DNA of 64,000 nt. Origin: Octopus bimaculoides (Eukaryota). The DNA lies in the NCBI RefSeq assembly GCF_001194135.2, contig NC_068981.1, positions 43,732,017 to 43,796,016 of the forward strand, given 5' to 3'. Of the stretch, positions 12,440-26,456 are shown piece after piece; the stretch's first letter is position 1, and each line of letters opens with the position of its first letter. The notes beneath the pieces are model-generated. The model saw only the letters and a program-made list of their open reading frames with translations. It was not told the DNA's origin and did no database searches. The translations under genes were made by a program, and so were the position numbers.

Positions 12440-12850
12440 TCTGGAAGCATATATGAATTTATCTAGTGTTACTCTTTTACAACCTACACTTTTGCCATCA
12501 TAAGGTGAAGGTCAGCTCTGATAACAAATTTAGTGTACAAGTTGGAGTTCACCAACGATCAGTTCTCAGTACCTTCTTGTTTATTATAGTCCTCCAGGCT
12601 GTAACAAAGGAATTTAAGAGTGGCTGCCTTGGGAGCTCCTCTCCACTGATGACTGTCAGGTATGCAGGTATTATAAACACTAAAGACTGTACAGAGAATA
12701 GACTTACTCTAATGTCCAGGGAGATCCTAAGTAGTAGTTGATAGCTTCTGTTACCTAGGCGATGAAGTTAGCAGTGGAGGAAGAAGTTCTGATTCCTGAG
12801 GGTTGCATCAAGTGGCTTCCAGTGGCAGAAGCCTGAACTATAAGGGGCTT
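12440..12850 (+). mobile_element. Decayed RTE LINE RT fragment
   Basis: KFSVQVGVHQRSVLSTFLFIIVLQAVTKEFKSG matches RT motif B of the RTE at 39000-39130. Confidence 0.8.
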
Positions 12851-13229
12851 GTCTCACAGAACATTTCTGGTTACTTTTGGGTACCCTCTCGTATATATAT
12901 ATATATTTATTTATGTAATAATGTATGTATGTATAGAAAAAGAGAGAGACACACACACACGTATGCACATAAGTCAAGGAGGAGGATGAAGTTAACAATA
13001 TAGCATAAGTTTTATATTAATTATAATTGTTCCAGTACGATTCCACTTCAGACCACATTACATATAAACAATTATGTATGATAAATTACAGAACCTCTGT
13101 GCACATTTACCCATGATTGAATAGCATGAAGTAGCACCTCATCAGATATTTACCAAACTTTGATATTATACATTGTATATGTATATGTGAATATATATGT
13201 GTATGTATATATATATATATNNNNNNNNN

Positions 13230-13350
13230 NTATATATGTATATATGCATATGTATATATGCATATGTATATACGCATATGTATATATGCATATGTATATA
13301 TGCATATGTATATATGCATATGTATATATGCATATATGTATATGTATTTA
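13230..13350. repeat. TA-rich 14-bp minisatellite (gcatatgtatatat)n next to an N-gap
   Basis: Directly visible tandem units. Confidence 0.8.
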
Positions 13351-13454
13351 TGTATGTATATGTATCTATATATACGTATATATATATATGTATTTATATA
13401 TATCATCATCATCATCATTTAACGTCCACTTTCCATGCTAGCATGGGTTTGACG

Positions 13455-13491
<37 letters not shown>

Positions 13492-13499
13492 ATAATCAC

Positions 13500-14150
13500 A
13501 TGTTGCCTGGTTACTTTGCAGAGAATAGAATACTTGAGGCGGTCATTTATGTTTGTCTTATTCGTTTTCCACCTCTCTTGCATTTTCTTCATCTCTTCTG
13601 AGATTCTTCCACTAGTCCCTCACTGGCTTGCAGTTTTTGCATTCCATATGCAGTTTTTTATTTCTTAATATTCTGGACCAGAAAATTGTAGTTCTCATTG
13701 TTCAAGTTGATTCCAAATTTCCTTCTTAATAACTTCATGTAACTGTTTCACACCAAGGGGCTTGATCTGCTGGTTTTTCATTGAGATATACAAAGCCTTT
13801 TTATCTTTGATTTTATCGATCACAATCTTTGCCCAGAACAAGTGATGATCATTGCCTGTATTGAATGACATTACCAATGAGATGTGCTGCATTATGCCCC
13901 AGGATGTAGTCAATTTCATCCTCGTGCTGAGTGTTTGGAGCTATCCAGGTTTCTCTCTTTGCAGGTTGCTTCCTGTATAGGCTGTTCCCAATGTAGAGTC
14001 TTCTTATTTCTGTGATAGCAACCAAACGTTTTCCTCTTTTGTTTTTCTTTTCTGATTCAAACTTACCAAAATATTTCTCTCCTTATCATCTTTTTCTAAG
14101 CTTTGTGTTGTAATTTCTCATCACTATGGCATTAGTAGACAGGTGAGCTA
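13500..14150 (-). mobile_element. Decayed LINE AP-endonuclease region (RTE-like)
   Basis: Minus strand WIAPNTQHEDEIDYIL and GNDHHLFWAKI resemble the endonuclease motifs W.SPN...EIDYIL and SDH.LV. Confidence 0.65.
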
Positions 14151-16849
14151 ACACTTTCTCTAGTACTAGATAGAATTATTCCATTTCCTCATCATCACTT
14201 GTATTTGTGGGATGATAGGTCTACAGGGTGGCTTGTTTTTGAGAAACGATTGCTTAGTACTCTGATACATGATGAAGGCAATTGTCAAGAAGCAATTTTT
14301 GAAGCCTATTCTTTGCTTACAATGAACCCTGTATCACCTGTTGCTCTTACAGTCTGCTTTTCCCAGTCTCACAACACTTCCATCTGTCCATCTCACATTT
14401 ATTTCCTTCCTTTGACTTGTTTCACTGAGTCCTAGAACATCTCATTTAATTTGCTTTTTCTCTTCCATTAAATGGGTCATTCTTGTTCTCCCTGCCAAAG
14501 ACCTGCAGTTGTAGGTACTTATGGCAAAGGTTGTTATCTGATTCTTTGGTGGCCTTATTGGTAGCTGCAATTCTTAGCAGCTTCAGGTCACTGAGATTTT
14601 ATTCTGCCACCATAGAGCAGTCTGATTGATCTGTAAGATACTGAGGTCTATTTTCTTGCCTTGTTTTAGCTTTTAACATGAAGCCACTTTGCTGGCTTGG
14701 TGGGCAGGTCATTTATTATCCCTTAAGTTTATGTAGCTTCTAACTCTAGTGAAAGATTACAAGCTAGCTTCCACAAGGTAGTCTTTCCATATGGTTAGTC
14801 GTCCAGTATCTTTTTAGCTTCGTTGGACCTGCCAGAACATATGCCCCTCTACCACAACTACTGAACAGCCATTGCATAATATAACACCAGATAATTCTAC
14901 CAACAAGAAAAATCGTTTATCAAATACTTTTTTCAAAACTAGATACCAAAAACTGTACAAAGAAGACAGGAACATTAAATACATGTTCCATATCTCTCAT
15001 GTAAAGTCATTTATTGCTTGATCAGAATTTTATTTCCGTCATTTGATCTGTGTTTTACATACTAAAAGACAATAAATTCCAAAACCTCAAAATCACAAGT
15101 AGTTACCTAAGGCCTGAAAAAATTTCTGCTTTTCCTATTCTGTTATTGTTGCTAAAATACAGATGGCTAATATTTTTAGAATCATGCAAGGAGAACACTA
15201 TCAGAAATGTTCTCACAATCAATACATGCTGTGTCTACATTTTTCCCCCCTTTCTCCTTCAGTTTTCAGCTATGGACTCATTGATCAATAACTATTTTAT
15301 GGATTCATTTAACGAACCCTTGCAAAACAGAAGGTTTTTCTTCATCAGAGGACATTTTGTAGATAGGGTTTTCTACATTGTTAAAACTTAGGTGCTGGGA
15401 GTTAGTATTTCTTTACAATTGAGTATTAAGATAATTTGATTTTGTTCCCTGAAGAGCCATTTGGATATTGTGGTTAATGATTGTGAATACTGTTTGTCAC
15501 CACCTGAAGTTTGTGACTTTGCAGTTTTGAAATAGTTTATATTTAGTAGTATTTACGTCAGTTCTTTTATTACTATTGCCAAAATTGTTTCAATATGATT
15601 TTCATTGCTTAGTCAGAGGAGGAAGGGTAATGTTCATGGTGTTATTGCCAAACCTACATTGGAGGTAGAATATGAAGAAGAAACCTGGCGTCTTGACTTT
15701 CTGCAATGACAAGCATCATATCAAGATCATAAGAGACCTGACCTGAATGCTTCTAAGTTAGTGGGTTTCATTTTAGGTAACTAAATGCCATATTGTGTCA
15801 ATTAACCAGATAACAAATTAAGTCAGCCACCAACCCTCAGTAACCACATATATTCACATATCAATATATTTTATAGCTTTTTCTCTTGTTAATGTATTTA
15901 TGTAATAAATATATTCAATATCTATTTCACTTGATGATATATTGTCTCAACAGATTTCTTGAATTACTCTATTGAGACAAAATTAATTCTAAATATGAGA
16001 TATCATAAATTTATATTATTTATATTATATTTGTACTTCTATTTTAGTACAAAGGCATTATAAAACGTGTTCAGCTTAAGACTGCTTAAAACGTTTCTTC
16101 TTTTTACTTTGCAAGTAACCTGGCTCTTTATTTAGATTGTCAGTATTTCTTTCAGATATACGTTCACTTTTACTGAGAAACTACATTTTGCGTACTTCGT
16201 ATGCATGAAATTTAAAATACCCACTTCCTTTTTAACTATAAGCTGAATGCTACAAAGGCTTAATTTTGTTTTCTATGTTATGTTAATTTCTGCATTGAAT
16301 TTGTCTGAGGTTGATTAAATTTGTGCACTGTCAGTGTCTTTACATTTAGTTCTTAGTTTAGTAATTTGTATCAATGCTAGAAATATATAACTTATATTAG
16401 ACAATGTAAAATTAAATTATTTCATTACTTACATTTATGTCTATAAAACATTTCATCAAATGATTTTGGTTTCCTTTGTTAATATTTTAATGGATATTAA
16501 TGGATATTTTTCAGAGCTGTGAAGAAGCAGTGTCAGTTGTTATTCTTTCATCCCAGTGTGGAAATATTATTTCATTATTGTGATTGTATAATCTACTACT
16601 TTCAATGCCCTTGTGATAAATAAGAAAAAGCATTGACATTATAATTATTATCAATATTATTGTTGCTGTTATTGTTATATTCTTACTTGTTATTGTTATA
16701 TTCTTATAGTACAAGATATGAAGTGAAGTCAATTAAATTAACTTCACTGTCTACAAATTTTGAACATGTACTGAAGTTAAAAACCTTCACTGTTAGTATC
16801 TTCTAGTTGTCGTTGGTGTTAGGTTGCGGATTGGTGGAACCACTAGAAC

Positions 16850-16990
16850 ATCATAACAAAATATTCTTCAAGTTCTGAGTTCAAATCATGTCAAGATCAA
16901 CTTTGCATTTCATCCTTCCAGAAACAATAAAATAAGGTTCCAGTAAGTATCAGGGTTGATATAACTGACTAACTATTGACTAACATAAAT
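16850..16990 (+). mobile_element. Partial SINE family B
   Basis: gttctgagttcaaatc...caactttgcatttcatcc...ataaaataagg. Confidence 0.7.
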
Positions 16991-17539
16991 GCTTCTAACA
17001 TAGGCAGAAGGGCATAAATTTGTTTTTTTTACCTATTTTAGAAACAACAGCAGCAACAAATTAATATTGCTATTATTACTAAGTGAGAGAGGAGTGCATG
17101 CCATCAAAGTGACACTGGGGTACAATTATACAAAGCCCAAAGGGGCATCATGACTACATCTTTCTATTTTCTTGTTTGTTTTCTTTACAGTAAGAAATGT
17201 GAGTGATACAAGAATGATGAGAGGGGTGTGTAAGAACAAGATGAGCGACAGGAAAACACAGTATTCAGAAATTAGAAAACTCCAGAAGGATGTTCTTAGA
17301 ATAATTTGGTGTTAAGAAGAGTCAAATTTATTGCAAAGTTCAAGTTGAATGGAATTTTAGAACACTGTTATTAATCCATTAAAACTTCAAATGAAAGTTT
17401 GAAGATTTGGAAATGCAATTTGATTATATAATTTGTGTTATATAACTAATAATCAGTCTTTGTTAATGAAATGCTTGGAAGATGGTGTAACTAAATATTT
17501 TATGAACAAAATCTCATGTTTTGCTTTGTTTACACACAC

Positions 17540-17592
<53 letters not shown>

Positions 17593-19344
17593 TATGTGTG
17601 CTTATAAATATATCCACATTTTGTATTGTATGTATAAATCTTGTTAATAAAGAAAGGATTATTCTTACCATTAAATATTCTCAACGTGCCACAGTAAAAT
17701 TTCTATGTTTCTTTTCCATATGTGTGTGTATTTACACAGTCAGATATACACACATGCACACACATATATGTAAAGATTTTTTTTTTGCTTGAGTTAGAGA
17801 TAAAATTATAGTTAAATTTAAAGTTTGAAGATTCTGAAGTATATTTAGAAATGAAGACATAATATTTTAATCTTGGCCTATGAAGATGCCTAATAGTGGC
17901 TAGCTGCAAGTTCATTCCGTAGTAAAGTAATTAATACTAATATCAATGTGGTAGGGCTGTTTGAAACTCTCTCATTGAAGAAAACGTTTGTTTATGTTGT
18001 TAATGTAGTTTCCTTTGAAGAGAGAGATATCTAAAGTCTGTTTAGATCTGATAGCTGAACTTAAATTAGTTTATCCATTGAATCTACACTATAAAATTAA
18101 GAAACTAATAATAATTCTTCTTCTGAAGTGAATTGTTTTTCTATACGTATGATCTAACTATATAAAACAAGACATTGACATAAAGAAGATTATATTGTAG
18201 TGCCTACAGAAGCAAAAGTAGCTTTGAGGTTAAGATGCTAGAATACTAAATTCAATGGCAGTTATAACCATCATATTGTGGCTGTATGGAAAGTACATTA
18301 TTGCATTTGTCTGAACAATAAGTGCTGCTCTTACTTCTCGGATGACTGGTTAGTTTCTTCTAAACAAGATATCAAGCAGAACCATTATTATGTGCTCTAT
18401 GAATTCTTATAAAAATATCCAAACTTTCCATTAGTCTATATTAGAGAAAAGTACGCCAAACTTTTAAAATCATTACACAAAGGATTCTTGAGGATGAGTC
18501 TTTTGAATTTAAATATAGAATAGTAGAGATAGGATTTGAGACATTTTCTGACAAAATACAAATATTAATTTCTTTTGACATAGGCACAAGGTCAGGTTTG
18601 TTCTTAAGGTAGCAGTATACTAAAATTGATTCTAATAGCATCTTCAGTTTACAGCCTTCTGAGCTATGTCTGATATTCGTTTTCAATTAAGTTGACTTGA
18701 GCAATGTGAAGTGAAGTATCTCACTCAAGGATATAATGTGCCACTTAGTCTAAGAATTGAGCACAAATTGACTCCATTCAGATTTGAACAATAAGTTTCA
18801 AACTAAATTCTTTACAGCATTTAGACTGATGCTGTAATATTTCTGCTAATAACCTTTGTTAGAAAACTTTCAGAGTAGAATAACATGTAGAAAAGGCTGT
18901 TGTAAAAGCTCTTGTTTGATATTTAAAATCGTAAAACATTCCAATTTGAAGCATGGCAATGCTTTTTGAAATAGTTTTAACTGCTATATTCAATCAATCA
19001 TACAACTACATCTGAGTTCTCTTCTTAATCTAATGTTTTATTTATTACTCGTAAGCAAACTATTTTTGTGGATTTATACTTTTCTGGTTTTATGATTAAT
19101 TATAGTAAAATATCTAAATAGAAAGTAAGATATCTAAATAGATTACGATTAATGCAGTATATATAATGTGGCCATTATCCTAACAATATATGAACTTTAT
19201 ATTTTTATCAAATATTTCTTGCTTAGATCTTTAGGATCATTAATGAAGGAAAAAATTGTTTGCAAAAGAAATAATTTTTGTATGGTATTATCATAGAAAG
19301 AAAGAATTTATATAATTTTAAAGAAGGGAAACTCATTAAGCTAC

Positions 19345-19575
19345 TGTGGAAATATGAGAGGCTTAATTGAACAAGTTTTAATTTTATGCAGATCAGATGA
19401 TTGGAAATTGTTTATTGATTCTATAAAGAGAAACATGAATGCATTGCTATTGGAAATTAGACAATATATACCTTCTAAGCTTTTAAGACCTTCTGTACAG
19501 CTGTCTGAAGTAAATGAGAGCAAGGACCTTCTGTCAGGAAGAGTAAAGTGTTTTGAACACAATTGGTTGGGTCAT
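19345..19575 (+). mobile_element. Chapaev3-like (CMC) DNA transposase relic
   Basis: SDDWKLFIDSIKRNMNALLL...PSVQLSEV...EHNW matches the recalled motif WRLFIDSSKRSLKAVLLHNGN..PS..HSV.L.E.Y....HNW. The family name is from memory. Confidence 0.7.
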
Positions 19576-19846
19576 ACTTACTTTATATTAACTGTATTGC
19601 TTTTATCTTCTTTTGGTCTCAATTTTGCCTCTTCACACCACCTTCAAGTATTCTGCTCTTTTTGCTGTATATCAAAGATATGAAACTCCATGCATTGAAA
19701 TCCTGTCCAGTAAAATTTACTCTGCTTTAACTTTTTAAGCCCATATTTTAATTGTTCTTTTATTAAATTAAAGTATCTTCAAAATTTATTGCTGATTTGT
19801 CAACGGTCTTATTTGATACTTTTAATTGTCCAATTGAAACACTATG

Positions 19847-20058
19847 CACCAAAATACTGAAGTACTGTGGCTTTTACCACTCTTATTTTGCTTGATATTT
19901 TTAAGTTGTCAAATAAATTCGTTTGTTTTTCCTATTTCTTTGTCTAATTGCCACCAAGATACTGAAGTACTGTGGCTTTTACCACTCTTATTTTGTTTGA
20001 TATTTTAGGTTGTCAAATAAATTTGTTTGTTTTCTCCATTTCTTTGTCTTTTTGCCAC
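19847..20058. repeat. Tandem duplication, 105-bp unit x2
   Basis: caccaa(a/g)atactgaagtactgtggcttttaccactcttattttg starts at 19847 and at 19952. Confidence 0.9.
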
Positions 20059-20709
20059 TCCATCATCATCTCTGAAAAGATGTAAAATTTATTCAAATTT
20101 CAAAAATCATTAACAAAATCTGTAGAGGAAGAATACAGCTACAAAACTCCATAAAACATTACAATAAAACATTTTCCTAGTTAACTCAAACAACATTGGA
20201 AAGGATTAATATTGACTGAAAAAAAACCCCAAAAACCAAATGAATATATATGACAACCCAATAGAATCATTGTTATAATTGATATTTCTTCCATGTTTCA
20301 ACCTTGTTTCCTTTCTAAAGTTGTATATTAAGCTGAATGATGTTTCTACTCATCTTTCTTATTTTCTTTTAAGGAATATGAAGTTGTTTAGTTATTCAGT
20401 TGTTTTTCCCAATCTAACCACAAATGTTCTAAATATCTATCAATTTTCACAGAAGAAATAAAGTTAAAAAGAAAATAGAAGGTGCTGATGATACAAAGTG
20501 AAACTACTCAATCATAAATGAAACTGTCATAGTAAATCAATTTGTTGCAGAGTTGATGAAACTCAAAAGTAAAGACGACAAATATTCTTAATGCTCTTGA
20601 GATAGGCATGAATGTAGCATAATCTCAATTTCTTCCTTTTATAATGCTATAATTTTGTGTAGATGTAAAACAATCAATATTACATTCTTATTATCTTCAA
20701 AGAATTCTA

Positions 20710-20802
20710 TCAACAACTTGGCTTTCCATCAACTTTGTGTCCAGTTTTATTTCCATTCTGTGTAGTGTTGTTCGAGATAATGGACTCCCTTCGTGCCTCT
20801 TG
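20710..20802 (-). CDS. Candidate terminal coding exon (QEARRESIISNNTTQNGNKTGHKVDGKPSC*), gene unidentified
   Basis: Acceptor ttaattttcataaaacag, 30 open codons to TGA. Higher GC/CpG than its surroundings, outside recognised repeats, followed by AT-rich UTR-like DNA. Confidence 0.4.
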   Translation of the reverse strand, partial: QEARRESIISNNTTQNGNKTGHKVDGKPSC

Positions 20803-21567
20803 CTGTTTTATGAAAATTAACCCAATATGAGGTTTAAAGTATTTGCATAATGATTTGGCTGATTGTATTTAGGATTTTATACATAAACTATATGGTTTTC
20901 ACTTTATCTGACCTCATATCTAAATATTAATTCAGAAATAAATTTGAATAAAACATTAAATGTAAATATATTGTCAAGTATCTAAATATCTATTTTTACA
21001 TAAATAGTAATATTATGACAGCATGAGTAATACTTGTCATATTGTTTCTAATACATTCTGAGGTCAAGTGAGACTGTTAACTGTATTGATTTGTATGCGA
21101 TAGTTGTTGATCACTGGATGAAAGTATCAACCATTATTATGATTGTTTAAGAAATTACTTTTAATGATTCAGTTCTAATGATTTGTTTTAATTTATCTTC
21201 AGAGCTAATGAGTTGTGGAAGACAGATAAAATTCATCTAAAATTAACAAAAATGTAATAAAATTGTATATAATGATGAGCTGCATTCAAAATGATGAGAA
21301 AACAGAAAACTAAAACAAAAAAGAAAGAAAAGTCTGTTTTAAACTTCTCACTCTTTGACATGCTAATTTAACAATAATATTAATTATTAGATTGTCTGCC
21401 AAATATATATATATATGCATATATGTGTGTGTGTGTGTGTATATATGTTTATACATACATATATATGTGTGTATATGTATGTATATATATGTATGCATAT
21501 ATATATGTGTGTGTGTATATATATATATATATGTTTGTACACACACACACACACACACACACATATA

Positions 21568-21775
21568 TTCTTTTACTTGTTTCAGTCATTTGACTGCGGC
21601 CATACTAGAGCACCACCTTTAGTCGAACAAATCAACGCAGGACTTATTCCTTGTAAGCCTAGTATTTATTCTATTGGTCTCTTTTGCCGAACTGCTATGT
21701 TATGGGGATGCAAGCACACCAAACACACCAATTGTCAAGTGATGGTGGGAGAACAAACACAAACACAAAAATACA
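21568..21775 (-). mobile_element. SINE family A, 3' half
   Basis: Reverse complement of the ggtgctccagcatggccgcagtcaaatgactgaaacaagtaaaaga tail. Confidence 0.8.
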
Positions 21776-21904
21776 TACATACGTACACACACATATATAT
21801 ACATATAGATATATATACACATACAAACACACACAGACACACATATATACATATGTGTGTATGTGTGTGTGTACATATGTGTGTATATATATAATATATA
21901 TAGA

Positions 21905-22153
21905 TGGCACGTAAAAACACCATTTGAGCGTGGCCGTTGCCAGTACTGCTGGACTGGCCCTCATGCCAGTGGCACGTAAAAAGCACCCACTACACTCTTG
22001 GAGTGGCTGGCGTTAGGAAGGGCATCCAGCTGTATAAACTCTGCTACATTAGATTAGAGTCTGTTGTAGCCATCCGGTTAGCCAGTCCCCAGTCAAATCG
22101 TCCAGCCTATGCTAGCATGGAAAGCGGACTTTAAATGATGATGATGATGATGA
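21905..22153 (+). mobile_element. RTE 3'-UTR fragment ending in (GAT)n
   Basis: ttggcgttaggaagggcatccagc-like motif through gctagcatggaaagcggac...gatgatgat. Same tail as the RTE 3' end at 60205-60803. Confidence 0.85.
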
Positions 22154-22926
22154 TACATGTATATGCGGTAAGCTCCCTACAGCTGGGACATAGTCAGATC
22201 ACTAGTGATTTTGTATTTGATTAATGTTTGTCAGTGGCTCTTTCATGACCTAAGGTTGTATTTTTACATACAGTATGTATATAGTGTGAATTTGTGAGTA
22301 TGTATATAAAACATCTTTATATTTTTTATTATCATTACTGTTATAATGAAATCAAAGTGCTGAACTTTATATAATGAAGTACTAAGTTGAACATTTGTTG
22401 ACAACGTTGCACTCTCCTTGTGTCAACCAACTAAACAGAAATTAAATGTTACTTCAATTTAATTTCAAAAATGAAATATCTAGCTGAAAGCTGTAGTGTG
22501 ATGTCAAGTCTATGACAAAAGGAGATGACCAAATGTCTGAAATAGTTCACTTTGCTTGTGTCTGTGATTTCAAATGACAAACTATAGCTGGGAGGTATGG
22601 GTTAACACACCACTAAAGCATGATGTAAAAATGAAAACAAAATCTTTGGTAATGACCCAGTCATCACATTTAAGGTTCACATGAGGATTTACATCAGATT
22701 CTAAAATAAAATTGGAAATCAGAATGGAAAAAAATTTTAAATCTTTGAAAATCAATTGCTATGCAAATAACCAAATTCTAAATATATCATTTCAATGTGA
22801 ACATAAAAAAAAGAATAATTGTAAAATGAATTAAATAATTTCAGAAACGTTTTACAGTGAAATGCATTTATAATTTTGGGGTATTTTATTTATCATTAGA
22901 TAATCATAGAAAATGCTATATATAGG

Positions 22927-23335
22927 TAGGCACAAGAGTGATTGAATGGTAAGAAGCTGGCTTCCCAACCAAATAGTTCAGTCTCATTGTGTGACGCCTC
23001 GGGCAAGTGTCTTCTACTATAGCCTTGGGCAAACCAAAGCCTTGTGAGTGAATTTAGTAGACAGAAACTGAAAGAAGCACGTTGCATATATACATATATA
23101 TATGTGTGTGTGTGTGTGTGTTAGTCTGTCTGTCTGTGTTTGTTCTGCCACTTGACAACCACTGTTGGTGTGTTTATGTCTGTGTAACTTGGCAGTTCAG
23201 CAGAAAGAGACTGATAGAATAAGTACCAGGCTTAAAAAAATAACAAGAGTATTGGGATAATTTCATTCAACTAAAAAATTCTTCAAAGCAGTGCCCCAGT
23301 ATGGCCGCAGTCTAATGACTGAAACAACTTAAAAA
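22927..23335 (+). mobile_element. SINE family A
   Basis: ggcacaagagtgattgaatggtaagaagc head, CORE-like cgggcaagtgtcttctactatagcc, standard tail. Confidence 0.85.
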
Positions 23336-23339
23336 TTAA

Positions 23340-23965
23340 AAATTGAAGAATTTTTTCTACTTTAGGCACAAGGCCTGAAATTTGGGTAGAGGAGACCAGT
23401 CGATTAGATCGACCCCATTATGCAACTATGACTTAATTTATCAACCTCAGCAGAATTTGAACTCAGAATGTCACGGCAGACGAAATACCACTAAGCATTT
23501 CACCCAGTGTGCTAACGTTTCTGCCAGCTCACCATCTTATATTCTTTTCTACTCTAGGCACAAGGCCCAAAATTTTTGGGGAGGATGTTAGTCGATTAGA
23601 TCAACCCCAGTATGCAACTGGTACTTAATTTGTCAAACCCGAAACGATGAAAGGAAAAGTTGACCTCTGCAGAATTTGAACTCAGAACATACAGACAGAC
23701 GAAATACTGCTAAGCATTTTGCTTGGCATGCTAAGGTTTCTTATTTCTTTATTGCCCACAAGGGGTTAAACATATAGAGGACAAACAAAGGGATTAAGTC
23801 GATTACATTGACCCCAGTGTGTAACTGGTACTTAATTTATTGACCCTGAAAGGATGACAGGCAAAGTCGACCTCGGTAGAATTTGAACTCAGAATGTAAA
23901 GACAGACGAAATACCGGTAAGCATTAAGCCTGGCATGCTAACATTTCTGCCAGATCACTGCCTTC
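23340..23965 (-). mobile_element. Three head-to-tail copies of SINE family B
   Basis: The motif gaatttgaactcagaa...gacgaaatac..taagcatt occurs three times, near 23455, 23672 and 23880. Confidence 0.9.
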
Positions 23966-25224
23966 AAAAGAATTAAAGAATAAAAGAATAGCTGATATTT
24001 TTGTCACAAGTATTAAATTGTCACATGGTGGAGCAGTTAGCTCTCAATGATCTAAATGTTAAGAAGTATCACAGGGGAGTAAGGCACTTGCTACTCTAAG
24101 TGGTTATATTATTGGAAACTTGATGTGTGCATCTTTTAGCTCACTATCTTGTGTTTGATTACTGTGCTGTGTTGGTTTATGATAAAAGCATTAACAATGG
24201 GATTCTAGGGTACTATTATATTAATTTGGCTCCTACTATTCATTCTTTTACTCAGTGGGGTTATGTATTTAAATGCCCACCATGCTAGAATGGTGACACC
24301 ATAACTTGCAGAATGCCCATTCAATTAATTAGTGGTAAAGGACATGTACATTAAGTGTGCGTGTGTGTGTATGTGCCAATTGCTTTGGTTGATGTGTTTT
24401 AAATGTTGAGATTTTGGTGTTTGCTTTTGGTAAGAATAGAAACAGTTGGAAATGAAAGGAGTTCAATAGGGTAACAAGTCACAGATTGAAATAAATATAG
24501 TATGAAAGGCTGGGTGGATGGATGGATGGTTCGATGGCAGAAATCTTTACCAAGTCTGGTGCAATGAATACATCAAACTGATGTCAGGTGTAATGAGCAA
24601 GTTTGTAAAACTAGAACCAAACATAATATAAGAAAATCAGAATGAAGGAAGGATAGTAGGTAGATAGATAGATACATAGAAAGAGAGGGGGTGAATACCA
24701 AGAAAGATGAGAAATGGAAAAGTAAAGTACACGGTATTATAAGTAATAAGATATGTAAAGCAGGTCCAATGAGATATTGGAAACTTGAAGATTTAATTCT
24801 CAAGAAGTCACATTACATCATGCATCAGAGCATGATTATTTCAGTATAATCATCCATTGGCTGGTTTTGTGATATCGATCTTAACAGGATGGTTAATTAA
24901 TAGAAAAAGCTATTACTATATCCAATGACACTGGAGAGGCCAAGTAGCTGAGTGGATACAGTATTAGATGACCAATCATAGATCAAGATTGTTATATACT
25001 GCAGTAACTAATTGATTACTTTATACTAAATTCCATCAATTTATCTAATGCTGGGAAGTAAGAAAGAGATAACAAGAAAATATGGTCTGGCATCCTATCC
25101 AAGAAAATAGTTACCTTTTATTTGCTTAATGCTGTGTAACCAGAGTTTGCTTTTAATTTATCTCAAGACTTTGAAGGAACTATGGAAGCCTTTATGTGGG
25201 TATATGACTTGCAAGAAATAGAAA

Positions 25225-25400
25225 GTATATGGCCTAGTGATTAGAGTGTCTGGTTCATGATCACAAGGTCATTGGTTCTATTCCTAGACTAGATAGCATA
25301 CTGTGTCCTTCATTTCACTCTGCCCCAGTCTACTCAGCTATAATGAGTACTAGTTAATACCCTGTACAGTGCTTTTTCCTTCCAGCTGTTGCATCCAGGA
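25225..25400 (+). mobile_element. Degenerate SINE family C
   Basis: ggcctagtgattagagtg head, ggttctattcc B-box, ccccagtctactcagct...atgagtac body, shared with 43575-43862. Confidence 0.55.
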
Positions 25401-26019
25401 TATTCCATTTACTTAATAATGAAAGGACCAGCAGTGTATCAATGTTTACTCACAACTACAGAGACATCTAAAACAATTAGCAAATGCATGGTATATGTTA
25501 CCAGAACATGCTTGCTTGTGAGTGATGGTTGGCTGTATCTAGAAACTACAGCCAAATTGGCTTCAAGCCATAACCTACCACTTCAGAAAGTTAGGGGCAG
25601 ATTTTGTTTCTTTGTTGCATGTAATGTAGTCCAAGGAGGAAGAACAGAGCTTATGATTTATTTTTTCAGGACTCTTAAATTAATGAGATAAAGCAAAGAA
25701 GTTGTAACCAGAATTGAGGCTTACAACATAGTGAACTTTGCTAAAGATACTCAAGGATCAGGTGGCAGCATTAAATAACAGATCAAATCTGCTACCCATT
25801 GTTTGTAGTTCTATATATATAAGATGAAATAGTTATAGATGGAATGCCAACTATCACAGGACATTTTAATCAGGAAGACTGACCTTGGACTAAACAAGAA
25901 CAAGCCCCTTCAGAACTTGGAAGGCATTCATACAGTCACAAACAGAAACACAACTACAAATATTATGAAAAAAAATAGTGATTACAAGATCACTTCATAT
26001 ATCTAATTCTTTTATTCAT

Positions 26020-26402
26020 TTACTCTTCCATCTATTTCAGTCAGTTGACTGTGGTCATGCTGGAGCACTACCTTAAAGGATTTTAGTTGAACAAATCAAC
26101 CCCAGGACTTTTTTTTTTTTAAAGCCTGGTACTTATTCTATCAATCTTTTTTGCTGAACCACTAATGTACGGAGATGTAAGCACATTAAGACCTGTTATC
26201 AAACAGTGGCGGAGGACAAACACAGACACACACACACCCAGAAGCTTCTTTTCAGTTTCTGTCTACCAAATCCACTCACAAGACTTTGGTCAGCCTGAGG
26301 TAATAGTAGAAAACACTTGCACAAGGTGCCACACAGTGGGACTGAACCCAGAAACATGGGGTCGAAAAGCAAACTTCTTACCACATAGCCATGCCTGCGC
26401 CT
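26020..26402 (-). mobile_element. SINE family A
   Basis: Reverse complement of the complete head, CORE-like domain and tail. Confidence 0.85.
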
Positions 26403-26456
26403 AATGTATATATATGGGAAAAGAAATCTTCATTTATGGGATTTATACATTTTAAG

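Noticed and set aside
17188-17310. Strong acceptor tttctttacag followed by an open frame
   Set aside because: The translation RMMRGVCKNKMSDRK..EIR resembles the RTE C-terminal region, so it is a LINE relic.
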